From Hormiphora californensis (lineage: Eukaryota > Animalia > Ctenophora), in the NCBI GenBank assembly GCA_020137815.1, contig CM035359.1:5766001-5830000 (forward strand): DNA of 64,000 nucleotides. Reading direction: 5' to 3'. Positions 24,214 through 37,785 of this stretch are shown piece by piece (position 1 is the first letter of the stretch; the number at the start of each line of letters is the position of its first letter). The translations under genes were made by a program, and so were the position numbers. The notes under the pieces were generated by a model. It saw only the letters and a program-made list of their open reading frames with translations, made no database searches and had not been told where the DNA came from.

Positions 24214-26217
24214 CTCTCCCTCTCTCCGTCTAACATGCACCAAAGAAAGGGTGTGTGGGGGCAGGTCGGAAATTGGATAGAAGTTCCCCATGCTCCTACA
24301 TGATGAAGGAATCATGCAACACGGATTACACACTGCATTACCACTACACTACATGTAGTAGAAGTTAGAAAACTGCACTTTTCTACTACATGTCGGTCTT
24401 GGTCGACTATTGGGAATCGGTATATAATTGATCGACGGGTATGTAGATCCTGCAGCTGGTAGTGGCACACTAGAACCATTTGAATCTGAGTTCTCTTTCC
24501 AATTCAATCAAGATTGGAACTGCAGAAAAGAAGGGAGATAGTTTCGATTAATTGGTATCCAGCTATGTCATTACATTGCACTTTCCAATTAGTTAGGTAT
24601 AATGAGATGATTGGTACAATAAGGGTCCCTCTCTCCATCTCTCTTCCATTCTCTCTCCTAAAAAATCCCTCCAGTTTTCTGGTGAATCACATTTCAGTAC
24701 GGAGGAGATAGATAAAACGGAGAAGATAGATAGAAAACTGGGAGCAGGGAGTGTGGTGTAAATTTAGGGCACTACCACCCTACTTCGTGTAGATCCAGGC
24801 TCTCCTATAACAATCCGGCTGACAGTTGACACATTTTTTCTCTACATCTGGATTTAGCTTCACCCCCTGATTGGTTGTATCAGGTCACGTGACTGATTTC
24901 CAGGCCTCTGATTGGTCAATGAGGGCACTATAACAAGCCTGTTGACAACTCGATAGATATACACACTGGTATGTGTTGATGGAAAGCCAGGGGGAGCTTG
25001 TACAGTGCAGTATGAATGAGACGTGTGAAGTCTGATTTGGCAACACAAACTGCAGATTCTACTGTATGGCGGCGCCATACCCCATTTGATTCTCAGTGCG
25101 CTCAGATGGGTCGCGGCGCCAGACAGAGATTCTACAGAGAACAGTCTAGAAATAGGCCGAGAGGGAGGACCTCTTCGATCGAATGGATGATTAAGAGGGT
25201 GATCTGTATTAGTTGCTCTATAATTTCTGCACTGTTTAGAGTCGGTATCATTTCCAGATTGTAGACCTGTTGAATCCACTATCATGACTATGTCCTGGGA
25301 GTGGGAAACCACCATAATATGGGAAACCACTGTGAGAATTTGGAAGACTTTCCCAGTCCCCGGACCATCAAATACTATCTCCGGCCATTATTCATTCAAA
25401 TAATGAATCCCCCGAATATTACTTTTCTCACATTTTTCCTTTGTGACACTTTGTTACATCGGACTACCTGTCTCCTAGAACAGGATGGCCCTTGCTACTA
25501 CTACACAAAACAAGTGGGCCCATGGCTCATATTGGTCTCATAAATATTATATTAGTATGACTCATTTTTCTTTCATATGCGTGTGGTGTTTTTCGTGTCG
25601 TGGCCTCATGAGATGATTGTTGAATGGGGGGGGGGGGGGGGAGGCTATAACAGCTGCAGCTGGTAACACCGAGCTACCATTTTAGCACAATCCCTCTAAA
25701 ACTAGCTCCCCATATAATGACACCTCAGTCATGCACATTGTGCCCTCAGGGGCATAACACCACAGGTGCTCCTTTATTAAAACATCTTGTGCTCCTTCAT
25801 AAAATAAACCAATGAAAATGCTCTGAGATGGTCACGTGATTTATTTGACCAATGGCGCTGTGTGTTAACGAAGACGATTGTAGCGGTAGTGTGTTAATTA
25901 GAACTAATGGACTAGTCATTAATCTTAAGAAAATGACCCAGAATGGAATTGGAAACTGTAGAGCGCCAATATTTTTATTCCAGATTTCAGGAGTCGAGTT
26001 TTTTGAGGTGAATTATGGAAGGAAATTATGCACTTAGTGCCATCATTTCACATTTGAAACAACCCTTTATGATTTTCATAATGAGAACCTCACCATCTGA
26101 ATACCTTCCTCTTTTGGCTCTCTATGCTTTTCTCTCATCGTGCTCTCTCTAGCTCTCTACTTCTCTCGTCTACTCTCTCTCTCTAGCCTCTCTACTCTCT
26201 CTCCTCGCTCTCTCGTC

Positions 26218-26305
<88 letters not shown>

Positions 26306-27464
26306 CTAAAATTTACACTGCATCTAATCATATGATTGGAACATTTAGCATAACTTCTTAGGGGTATCACCGCTAATCGCTTAATTGCCCTGTTACAGAA
26401 AGTGAGAAGGATAGGGATTAGGGGTGCCTAATTGACCTCTAACCATTCAGAGGCAAAGTACCATTATTGCTTACCGCCTTCTCACATTCTCTATCTGGAG
26501 AAGTGAGAAATAAAGACATTGAAGAACATTAAAGAGGTAAAGACATTGAATGGGTGTCAAATAGAATAATAGTGGCTCTGCAATACAAGGAGATTGACAT
26601 GAAGTGGGGGAGGGAGAAAAAGTTGAAGAAAATGGAAAACTTATGCCCAATTTTAGACTGATATCTTTTAATCCGCTGGAGGCAATGGAGATATTGTTAG
26701 GATTGGGGCGACACCTCTTCCTGGTATTATAATAGTGTGGTGTCCTAATGCTTGGATCCATCGCATCCTATTCTCGCTCCGCGAATAATAGGATCCCGGC
26801 CCGTTGAGAGCAAGAACTCACGTGCGCGCGAAATAAAGCACGTTTTCAACAAATCGCGCGTGATAGACCGTTTTTGGAGACCTTTTTAGCTGACCTAGCA
26901 CTACTCAAACGTCAATTATGGCCTCATTTCGCATCGTGATGAATCGGCGGGTATTTTCCCATACTCACAAGGCCATGACGATTCCCCCAGTACCCGCAGA
27001 TTGTCCCAGGACCGAGTAGGAGCTTGCAGCCAGGTCTTTAAAGAATTGCTCATGTTTAGTGTCAATTTTGACCCACTATTCCTCAAATGCTAAAACTAGA
27101 GACAATTATCTGCCAGGAGCAACAAACGAGATGCAAATCGGTTCAGTAGTTCCTTGCAGCCAGGTCTTTGAAAAAGTTTGCTCTAAAATCAATAACGCGC
27201 CGGAGGCCTAGATGTGAGATCGATCTCGGTCGCTGCGCGACCTCGATCTCACTCAGGCATCAATGTGGCCAATCCTAATGCCATTTGCAAACCCACCAAA
27301 CTGCTGGGATATAGATCCTAAAAACACGTGACGGAAAATAGAGAGATCTGATTGGCTGATGGGGGTCACGTGATCAGTTTGGATGGTTGTGATTGGTCGA
27401 AAATGTAATGGCAGCTCCTCCCACCCATGAACCAACAGCGGAAATTGTGCAGTGTATATGTAAA

Positions 27465-27670
27465 TGAAGTATGAACGTTTGTAGACTGGCGCGTTATCAA
27501 GTTGGCTGTTCCCAGCGCGAGCTGGGGACAGCCAACTGGAGTTTAATCGCCCGGCAGGGCGATTAAACTGGTTTAAATCCCGACGCCGATCCCGAGGCGC
27601 CAGCCGAGGGTGAGGGGGAGGTGATTTAAACCTATAACGCGATAGGCTAACAAACGTTCATATTTTATGA
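27465..27670. mobile_element. Small multi-hairpin element (putative non-autonomous transposon)
   Basis: Outer inverted repeat atgaacgtttgt / acaaacgttcat. Internal stems: ggctgttcccagc-gcga-gctggggacagcc, gtttaatcgccc-ggca-gggcgattaaac, and the imperfect cccgaggcgccagccgaggg. Confidence 0.5.
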
Positions 27671-28725
27671 AACCCGATAGTAATTACACACAAATAAGAG
27701 ACACAACACAAGGTGAAACACACTAGGACTGCTGGCAATTAGTCAACAGACACCGTGAAAATGTGTGTAGACTTAGTGTCTACTGTTCCTAACATGTTTG
27801 AGAAAGAGAGAGAAAGATTAGGGGCAATACACACTGTCAGAGGTAGTGAACAGTAAAAGAGACAATGAGAGAGAGAAATGAATGGAATGTGATTCTTTTC
27901 ACTCCTTATGAGAGAGATAACATTGAAACGTGTTGCAGACATGTTTCCCCTTTCTTTTGTTGACAGAACTGTGTGTTTACACACATTTTCAATACTTAGA
28001 ATTTTACACGCATGTTATTCAAATGAAGAGAAATGCGTGAAAAAGAGAGCGGGACTGTTAAACAGCGAGCAGGGTGTTAAATCTCCCAGCTAGCAGTTAT
28101 CATGAGCGCGCAAAATGTCCAAACGACTGTTAAATCGGCTATCGGGTTTCATAGATGGGTGACAAGTGGGCTTCGATCAGCTGCATTGGTGGTAGAATGA
28201 GAGAGAGAGGGAGAGAGAGAGTGAGAGAGAGATAGAGAGTGATAGAGAGAGGGGAGAGAGATATTGGGAGATAGTAGAGAAAGTCTGTGTTATGGATAGA
28301 GTCGACTGCAGGAGAGAGAGGAGCTGCCATGGGACCGATAAATAGACGGATAGTGGTGAGAAGGAGAGAGTGAGAAAAGTCTGTGGAAGGTATTAGTAAA
28401 GAGGGGTAGTGTGAAGGTACGTGTGTCATAGTGACCTGTCTATGAAAATTTCCCTAAACACACTCACTACCGCGGCATCATACTATACCGCAGCGGGAGA
28501 ACTAAAGTTACACTGTGTGTGGCTGGTGGGCGGTGGCAGTTTGGAGAGGACTGAGGGTGATTTTGAATCGGTAGACAATGATATATCGAGAGACTTGACG
28601 GGGCTTTAAAACTTGAATCATTATCTGTCTCCACGTGAAGAACCAACCCATTTAGCTCGTTCCCAAGTGTTCCATATGACAGCCCAATCTCTCTCTGAGT
28701 CTGAAAGATGCAACTTTCTCTTCCC

Positions 28726-28767
<42 letters not shown>

Positions 28768-29633
28768 TCTCTCTTCTTCGCTCTCCACCTTGGTACGTGT
28801 GAGCATGTGCCACATGCGAGCAGAGCATCTTTACTCACGTGCAGATATGAAACCGTGGACCGATGAAGAGAGACAGAGATAGACAGGGAGAAAGATTTAT
28901 AGAGAAATGGCGAGATAGATAAAGAGAGATATACAGGGATAGATATCATATTTGAGAAAAAAGGAGGTACAAGGAATGGGATATAGAGAGAATGACAGAG
29001 AGCAACTATTTTGTGATTGTGCCCTCAGGGGCTGAATGCTGCAGGTGCTGCACGGGGGATGAATATATTGTCCTGAATGTTGCAGGGAATGTGATTACAA
29101 CAAGCTTGTGCCGTGAATCAAGAATAATAGTTAGGAGAGGAAGTTAGAGAAGAAACGGAGAATGCTTGGGGCTGAACGGGCAGGTTTTAGGGGGAGAGAG
29201 TTATCACAGTTAACCATTGAGGCAAAACTGGTTGAAAACAGCTAGTTATCTAACTAATTGACTATGTATTTAACTAGTTAACTCACATGTTTTATATATG
29301 ATGTGCTGGTAATCAGTGCTTTCTTGTGCTCAACAGGAACTGTGCTTTGAAGGCTCGGTAAATACTTCCTGAAAAATATAAAACAATGTTTGAATGATGG
29401 TTGGGAAGATAAATTTATACATTTTGTACACAACAAAACATTAACACACCCCAATCTGACTTGTTGAGTTACTCAACAAAATCTAACACAAGCATTAAAA
29501 CACCCCATCTTACAATAACAGGATCTCATTGACTTCCTGCGTCAAGCCCATCTTAAATCTTCGCCCTGAAATTGTTCCCCTTTTCCATAGAATTGATATG
29601 ACTACAACATGTAATTACCTATATCACACAAGA

Positions 29634-31923
29634 TCACATAGTCCAAACATCACTTTCAATATACTCCCAGGGTACTACGAAGGGTACCGCATCACTGGGA
29701 TAACTCCCGTCCACCGTTTGAAACTCACACAAGAGTGGGTTGCCAGAGTATGCAAACTTCTGGAGTGCTTCCAACATATCCTGGGTTAAATCCGGGTACT
29801 TGGCTGATAGTTCCGTGGTCTCGCCCGGGTCAGATGTGATATTGTAAAGTTGGAGGATTGAGGAATCCATTGAGTCCTCGTTCAGAGGGTAATACCTTCC
29901 TGTAACACAAGTAGCAGACTCGTCATTTTGATTACCAACTAGGAGCTTCATATGGCCCCTGATATACCCGCCAACCCTTTTAACAGGGTCTACATTTAGG
30001 AAGACATCATTTCTCTGGCAGGTTGTTGAGGATGATGTCAGCAGGGGAGACTGGTCGATTCCATCAATACCCTCAGTTGGTAGGATCCCCGTTCTACTAT
30101 AGTAGGTCTCCCATCCACCACTCAGTGCAATAAGAGTGGGGTACCAATCTGAGACGTGGAAGAGACATGATGTTGAGGTGCCCGCTGGAATTAGCGACGG
30201 GTTGGCGCTGTACACAAACGATGGAGTCCGTACCCCGCCCTCCCACAAAGTGTTCTTGTTCCCTGCTAGGATACCATTTGAGTGGTAACTGCCGCTTGGT
30301 GCCCCGTTATCACTGGCATAAATCATGATAGTGTTCTCCCAAAGGCCCTTTTCTTGAAGCCTCCCGATAACTTTCTTCATCACATCCTCTCCAGCGTTTA
30401 ACATGGCCTGCATGGTGCAACGTTCAGAGGTGGTAGTGCAGTTGGAGCCGTAATACTCAGTGGGAGCGAAATAGGGGGAGTGGACGGATTGTTGCGTGAT
30501 GTAGAGGAGAAGGGGGTCGGAGGGATCGTGGTCGTCAATAATGCTCATGGCCTTATTAGCATACACCTGTAAATGAGGAGATAGGATGAATTGGAATAAA
30601 AATCAAGAAGATCCATGACAGGATTATCGGTTGTGTATCGGGTTATATCAACTTACATAGTTGGAATAAGTTCCATACAGTTCCGTCATCTCTCTGAGAT
30701 CCTCAGTCTGTCCCCCCTTACACTCATAGAAATCATAGTCACTCCCTACTTCATGGGTTATATAGCCTTCTGAGCCACTGAAATACCTGGAGGGAATGGG
30801 TTGTAACTATCGTAAGATATGTTGTCAGGCACTGACTGTACATCGCGCATCCCGCAAGTACTCTTCGGTCTTATATGAGACAAAAGATATGAGACAAAAG
30901 ATATGAGACAAAAGATATGAGACAAAAGATATGTAGAACGTGGAGATAGATAAAGGGTCATTATGATCGTTTTGCAAGTCCAGGATCTGCTTTTGACCAA
31001 CGAGGTCTCTCTCTCTCTCCCACCCAACGGGATACTCAATCAACACCAATACACAGATTCAACTCACCCCACAGCTGTATCAAATCCCCGGTAACACGGT
31101 GTACACTTCCACGATGCGTACCCTAAATGCCACTTTCCAATTTGGTGAGTTTTGTAACCGTTCGCCTTGAGGACGGATGGCCACAGCACAAGATCATCGT
31201 TCAGACACTCGTTAGTGTTGGGCTGGAACACGTCGTGTTGGATACCCAAATTGATGGGGTTTCGACCTGTGTTTGATAATTTAGAGGTTCTAATTGTGGA
31301 GAAACAAAACTTTGTTCAATGATATGAGAGCATTATAGAGCCAAGTGGAGCAATTTTACCCTATTTATTTAGGTCAAAAAGCCGGCTAACCAAAGTCATA
31401 ACTACAAATAAAACCTGCAATTATTAATCATTATAAATAATATATGTATTCACCTGACATGATAGCGCCTCTGGTAGGTGTACACAGCCAGGCAGTGTAG
31501 TGCCGCTCCAGAACCCGGCCTTGCTTGGCGAAACCATCCAGGAGGGGAGTTTGTACGTCAGTTGGTCCTATGTAACTCACATCACCGTAACCTGGGAGGT
31601 AATAAAGGGTACAAACTTGTTGAGTTGGTGAACGCAATAAGTAAACACAAGGTCTTATTAGGGTTTGAGTCAGAGATTTTCTAACCGAAATCAGATGCAG
31701 GATTCTGAGCTGTCTAAGTATGTAGTAGATACCCGACCTTTATTTTGGGTCAGATAAGAATATCTCCTGTTGAATAAAGAGAGAGTTTTCAACCGTTACC
31801 TTGATCATCCCAGAGGAAGAAAACAATGTTGGGTTTGCTTGATGCTGCAGTTGCACCCGCAATGAGAAGAAGAAGAAGCGATAGTTGGAATAGCACTCCC
31901 AATCTCACCACATATCCCCTCAT
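29634..31923 (-). CDS. Arylsulfatase B/I/J-like secreted sulfatase
   Basis: Exons approximately 31923-31800 (signal peptide, KPNIVFFLWDDQG), 31591-31454 (GYGDVS...CTPTR formylglycine motif), 31266-31068 (GYKTHQIGKWHLG...RGFD), 30786-30657 and 30566-29634 (VHSP, ASDNG, KNTLWEGGVR, HVSDWYPTL, LYNITSDPGE). Confidence 0.93.
30873..30932. repeat. 14-bp tandem repeat (atatgagacaaaag)x4 in a sulfatase intron
   Basis: Directly visible. Confidence 0.85.
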
Positions 31924-32793
31924 CGTGGTTGCAGAACTCAGGAAACTGGTCTTCTTGTCTCGGTGTCTTTTGTAGGAATACTAGGTGAGGAAGGGTTTTC
32001 TAAAAGTGTCACAACCAAACCGGAGCAAAAACCGGAGTTAAAACAAGACCTAACAATTGATACAGCGAGAATGTAGTGAACATCATCACTTTTTCATGGT
32101 TAAATATTGAAAGAAAAATGAGGGAAAAGCTTTATCTTGAGCTCGCCCACGCCTAGACAGACTTCATCTGAACTAGAAGTGAACGCAGACAGTACTACAC
32201 GCAGTGGCACACATCTTCTCATTATTCGCTTGTTGCGCCGATGATTAGGCTCACTTGAAAAAGCGCAACGTCCTCTTTCCAATGAGCCCAAGATAATGCA
32301 AAATGGTCAAGAAATGGACGAGTTACGGTTAAAAACGTTCAAAAAAGTGTATGTGTGCTAGTAATACTAACAGTAGACTACTATAAGTTGTCTGGTTAGA
32401 CTGTAAAGGAAGGGTTAGAGCATAACAAACTATAAGCAGTGTGTAAGTTTAGTTCTTTCTAGTGATAGAATGTGTAAGCTTCTGTCACTATACTAGCTAG
32501 CTTACACAAATAGACATCATCTAGTAATAATATCTTCAGTGGTAAAGTCACACACCAAATTTAGACGTTTTTAGCCATAACTCAGCCTTCATGTCCTAGT
32601 GAAGCAATGAACTACTGGGAAAGACTATAGTCCACCTCGATCTATACTCCCTTCAAAGGAGAAGAGAGAGATTTGAAATAATCGCAATGTGGAAGATCCA
32701 TGTCGGACTAACCCGGGTTAGTCCTTTTGGGGGAAAGGAATTGGTCGGAAGAAAATATAATTTGAATCTAAAGTTAATCATTTATACATTTCA

Positions 32794-32913
32794 AAAAAAG
32801 CCAGATCAAAAAAAAGCCAGATCAAAAAAAGCCAAAAAAAGCCAGATCAAAAAAAGCCAGATCAATCCCGGATTTCAGGGCGGGTTTGGCTTTTTTTGGC
32901 CTTGGCCCCCCCC
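32794..32913. mobile_element. Truncated transposon fragment with aaaaaagccagatc repeats, flanked by a 13-bp direct repeat
   Basis: tttatacatttca at 32781 and 32914 flanks aaaaaagccagatc repeats ending in ggccttggcccccccc. Confidence 0.5.
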
Positions 32914-34290
32914 TTTATACATTTCATTTTACCTGAAATAGGGATACTGGCAGGACTGGGTACGTGATTCCTGGATAGTTCGGAAAGTTAAACGATGCTG
33001 AAGGACATCTCCAGCTCTGTAGGACTCCGACTAGGAACATTTCCAGCGCATATTTCTCTCTCTCTCTCTCTACCGTTCTATCATCCTCTAGTCTCTGAAA
33101 TCACAAGCATAATCCAATTTGAATAACTGGCAATATCCAGAATGTCACGTTTTATCATTATGATTTTATTAGCCAAGAAGAGTCCGAGCTATCAATCTGC
33201 TGCCTTGACAACAACTACAAGCATGCTTCACCTTGTTGAGTCGGATTCACCATATTGTGTGATCGGTGGATTGAAGTGATGAGAGGACAACCATAGGGAA
33301 TTAATGTTTGATGAGTGTATGGAGCTTGCTGAATGCAGGGTGTCACTATGGTTACGTGAAGATGCTGGGGAGGCGGTAAGTGTGATTGTTAAAATCTGAG
33401 TTGTCAGGTAATGATTAGTGATCATTACCGGAGATTTCAACTTTTAAAACACGCTTACCGCCCCTCTGATTCCTGACAAATTCCGGGCAGAATCCTGATA
33501 GCCAGTATCATAATAGCATTTCTCCCCTCCATTTCTATATGATAGCTCATTCCCTGCCGCTCTTCATCTCTCCCTCTCTCCCTCTCTACCTCCCCCTAGT
33601 ACTCATCTCCCTAACTGCACCCATCGGACGCTTCAGACCAGCTACTCAGGGAAAGGAATAGTAAAAACTATTCGATAGAGCGGCCCAAGAAAGGGAATAC
33701 TTTGGAGTGGCGATGACGGCGGCCCGGGCACTAGGACCGTCCAGACTACTACTCATCGTCCGGCCAGCCAACTGACTGGCCTTGAAGAAAGAGAGAAATA
33801 GGAGAGGAGTAGGAGAGAAGTACTGGGTGCCTACTGTCTTTCGTAAAAGGCGGGGTGACGTCCTGAAAGGGGTGGGAGTTCGAAAGAAGAGGGGCTGAAT
33901 CCTAACGAACTCCACTCCTTTCTCTCCCTTTTAGCAGCTCCATTCTTCTTCTCAACTCACTCCCTCTCTCACTCACTCCTTGTTCTTTCCTTGTTCTCTC
34001 TCTGGCCTCTTTCTATCATATTCTCTCCCTACCTGGAGAATCCAATCCCACTCATTTGCTACCTGGGTGATCATGAGATTCGGAATCTCACTCCTCCAGC
34101 TCCCCCTCCCATAATCTCATTCCAGGAGATCCAAGGTATTCTCACCTTTCTCAGCTCCTCTCTCTCTCTCTCTCTCTCTCCCCCCACACATAATATCACG
34201 CACAGACCGCCATCTCTCCTGCAGGAATTACACGCACAAATAGATGTCCTATGAGGGCCACTCGCGGTACTGAGCTGGCGGTCACTGTAA

Positions 34291-34723
34291 GGCCGGGTCC
34301 AGACGAGTGGTAGGTAGCTACTATGGTAGGCTACCATGGTAAGCTACCATAGTAGCTGGGAACTGTCCAGACGAGTGGTAGCAAAGCTACTATGGTAGGC
34401 TAGCTACCACTCGTCTGGCCACCCTCTGACACATCTACCATGATACTTCTGTAATCATCGGGGTATCAAATGTCTTATGCCCCACAGTAAGATGTGATAA
34501 CAAGTTACTATGGTAGGCGGTCAGAGGGTGAACAGACGAGTGACCACCTACTATAGTAGCCTACCATGGTAAGCTACTATAGTAGGCGGTTATACCTCGA
34601 CCTATAACCGCCTACCATAGTAGCTTATGGTAGATATAGGTGTACAGACGAGTGGTAGCTGTGGTAGATATCTACTATAGTAGCCTACCATAGTAGCTAC
34701 CTACTACTCGTCTGGACCCGGTC
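34291..34723. mobile_element. PIF/Harbinger (Tourist-like) MITE
   Basis: TIRs ggccgggtccagacgagt / actcgtctggacccggtc with TAA on both flanks; internal repeats of cagacgagtggtag and ctaccatagtag. Confidence 0.8.
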
Positions 34724-35329
34724 TAACTCTGAACTAACCTTTTCTCTATCTCTCACTCTCTCTCTCCCTCTCTCTCTCACTCTCTCTCCCCCTCTCTCCC
34801 CTCTCTCTTACTATCCCTCCCTCTCTCAATCAAAGTACGGTAATAGCTGGGAACTCTGCAGATGGTGGAAAGCAGCTGTTGTGTGAGGTGTAAAAAAGTG
34901 AGAGAATGATGATTAGACAGGGAGAGAGAAAGAGAGAGAATGTTAAAGATAGCAGAGGAGAGATATTTCTAAAAATAGCCCGCTGCAGAATTTGAATCTC
35001 CCGCGGTTACTTGATGCCCCATTTCGCTGCATCTCAGATCGATCTCAAGTAGGATCCGATTACTGCTCCACTCAGCGCCAGACTCGGCAGGAGAGAGATA
35101 TGGATGATAATTGGAGAAGGAAGGGAGAATGAGAGATGGAAATTAAGGGAGAGAATGAGTAATGATACCCCACTCTGAGTGATACCCCCGGGTTTATGAA
35201 TGATTTTGAATGGAATTCGTGACAAATATATATGCAAAACAAACAGAACTGACGGACGATCAAACAGGAAAGCGACGACTTATTTTAGGACGAGGTAGCA
35301 GCTTAATGATAATGAAAGGAAACTAGGAC

Positions 35330-35660
35330 ATACAGGTACAGACAGAGAGACCGACAGACATACAGAAGTACAGGGAGACAGACAGACAGACATATAGATA
35401 GAAATGACAGATAGACAGACAGAGAGTCAGATAGATAGACAGAAAGATAAAGACAGACAGAAAGACAGACAGACAGAAAGACAGCCAGAGACAGACAGAC
35501 AGATCACAGGCAATGAGACATGAACAAATAAACAAACAAACAAACAAACAAACAAACAAACAAACAAACAAACAAACAAACAAACAAACAAACCAACAAA
35601 CAAACAAACAAACACACAAACAAACAAACAAACAAACATACAAACAAACAAACCAACAAC
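35330..35660. repeat. (GACA)n then (CAAA)n microsatellites
   Basis: Directly visible. Confidence 0.9.
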
Positions 35661-36191
35661 TCACACGTTAGAAGCGAGTTTGGTGCTGATTCAAGCTTGC
35701 TTGTTGTGTCCTCCGACACGCTCTCTTATGCTTGTCAGAGTTTCTCAGCCCCTCTCTCCGTCACCATAAGCATCTGACGATAACCGTTAGAGGAGGGAGC
35801 GTCAGATTCTGAGTCCCTGAAATAGAGATTTGGATAGAATGGGCCGGTTTTCAGTCACTGTTCATGTCTTGTCTGCTTGTCTGTCTGTCCGTATTATATA
35901 TGCATGTCTCTCTATCTCTTGGAAGATTCGAAATTGCCGCCGCCCACTGCTGCACTGTGTAATTACAAGTGACCAAGCACACACATACGGCGAATACAAT
36001 TCCTAATATACCAGGAGCTGCAGCTGTTTTGCTGATAAAAACCGTGTCAGGTTCAATCCGATAACAGGAAGAGGGAAAACCAGATGTGTAACCTCCCCCT
36101 CTCTCTCTCCGTGAATTTAATATTCCCGACCACAGTTGTTGACCAACATGACCACAGGCTGGTGAAGTTTCACAACGATTTGGAATCAAAT

Positions 36192-36300
36192 CAGGAACCG
36201 ACCGAATCAGGAAATACTGTTCCCTGATTGGCTGATAACCAGTCACGTGACCTTAATAACGAATTCTGATTGGTTCTTTACTTGTTTCGGTCGGTTCCTG
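36192..36300 (-). mobile_element. 109-bp MITE (hAT-type), copy 2, with perfect 8-bp TSD
   Basis: TIRs as in copy 1; aatcaaat duplicated at 36184-36191 and 36301-36308. CAG termini plus an 8-bp TSD are typical of the hAT superfamily. Confidence 0.9.
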
Positions 36301-37785
36301 AATCAAATATTCCATCGATCAAGAATCAGAACTCGCCATCCCACCACCCAATTTCATGTTCAGAGAGAGGGTTTTTCCTTTTTCCTGTTTACCGAGAAGT
36401 CAAAATTGAAAAACAAGTTGTTTTGTTGCATCAAATAGTGTTTAATTCTACAGAGATATGAGACAAGGAAATGGTTGTTCAGATGAACAGAGATCACACA
36501 CACGGCATCACATCTTCAGGGGGAAATAATTCAGAAATGTAATCGGTCCAGGGTAGGGAAGGCTGACACACTTCATTCAATCACACTTCTCTCACACACA
36601 CAATCACACTTCATTCAATCACACTTTTCTCACACACAGAGCGTTCTTGCCGAAACTCACTAATAAGGAGTCTATAGTATGGGATACTGATTACTGACTC
36701 CCACTCTACAGGAGAGTGAGAGGAACAGGGGAGGATGAAAATCACTCAATCACACCAAGATATATCACACCCACTCACACCGGAGGATGCTTGAATCATC
36801 ACACCAGGGAGGGAGGAGAGGTCGGTGGAATGTGTGTTGGGGTAACAAATGTGGCGGGGGGGGGGGGGATGAGATGGTGGTGTGTTATAGTGGGAAACTA
36901 AACCTAGAGATATATACCTCGAGACCAAAATATTAAGTTAATCTAAGGGGATTTTTACTTGAAGTCAGTCAAGGAAAAAAGTTTACTTAAAGTGATGAAA
37001 AGGGAGAGGAAATGAGAGAGAGAGATAACTCTTTCACAATTTCCCAAAAATCTCCAAAATCCCAAATAATTGGAGATTTGATAGCGTCTCAAAAAGGCCG
37101 CGTATCATAATTATACCGTTATTTCAAGTCATACAAAGCAGGTCCACCTTTTTTGGGGCCACTCTGTACTTGATGCTTACACCTAAATCGAGAATTCACA
37201 CGCAATATATACAGAAAAAACAAAGCACTTAAAAACTCGAAGCTATTCTATAGATAGGAGGGGGAAAAGAGTCCAGTCAGATATAATTTCACAGCTACGT
37301 CACTTAATTAACTACCTAGATGTTCCTACTAAATATCATAATTATCACTTTTACTGTAGTAGATCGGAGGGAAATTATCATGGCCAGTTAAATATTAATC
37401 TTGTTCGATGTAAGCGTGGTTACCCAAAGTACCCTCATTGAAAAACAACTCGGGGTTGGGGGACCAGCTCAGAAAAAAAACTTCTGGGTGAAAATGAGGT
37501 GAAGTTGGGGGAGAAAACGGGGCAATATATGATCATCAAATAGCACATATTTATACACTAAACGTGTATATATATATAATTATAATACTGACACACAGGA
37601 GAAAACAACAGAGTCCGGATATGTTAATTAGTTACTCGATCACTTGGGATCTTTGCTACACAACATCATCAAAACATCACATCATGACGTCACACCAGTG
37701 ATGACGTCATCATAATGATGATTGATGATGTGTGGGTATATTCATCTGGCACTAAGCCAAATGTGGGGTGTTGGATGGAGGAGAG

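Noticed and set aside
32706-32725. Perfect 20-bp palindrome ggactaacccgggttagtcc near weak inverted repeats at 32.3-32.6 kb
   Set aside because: Probably the end of a decayed transposon; boundaries and TSD could not be established.
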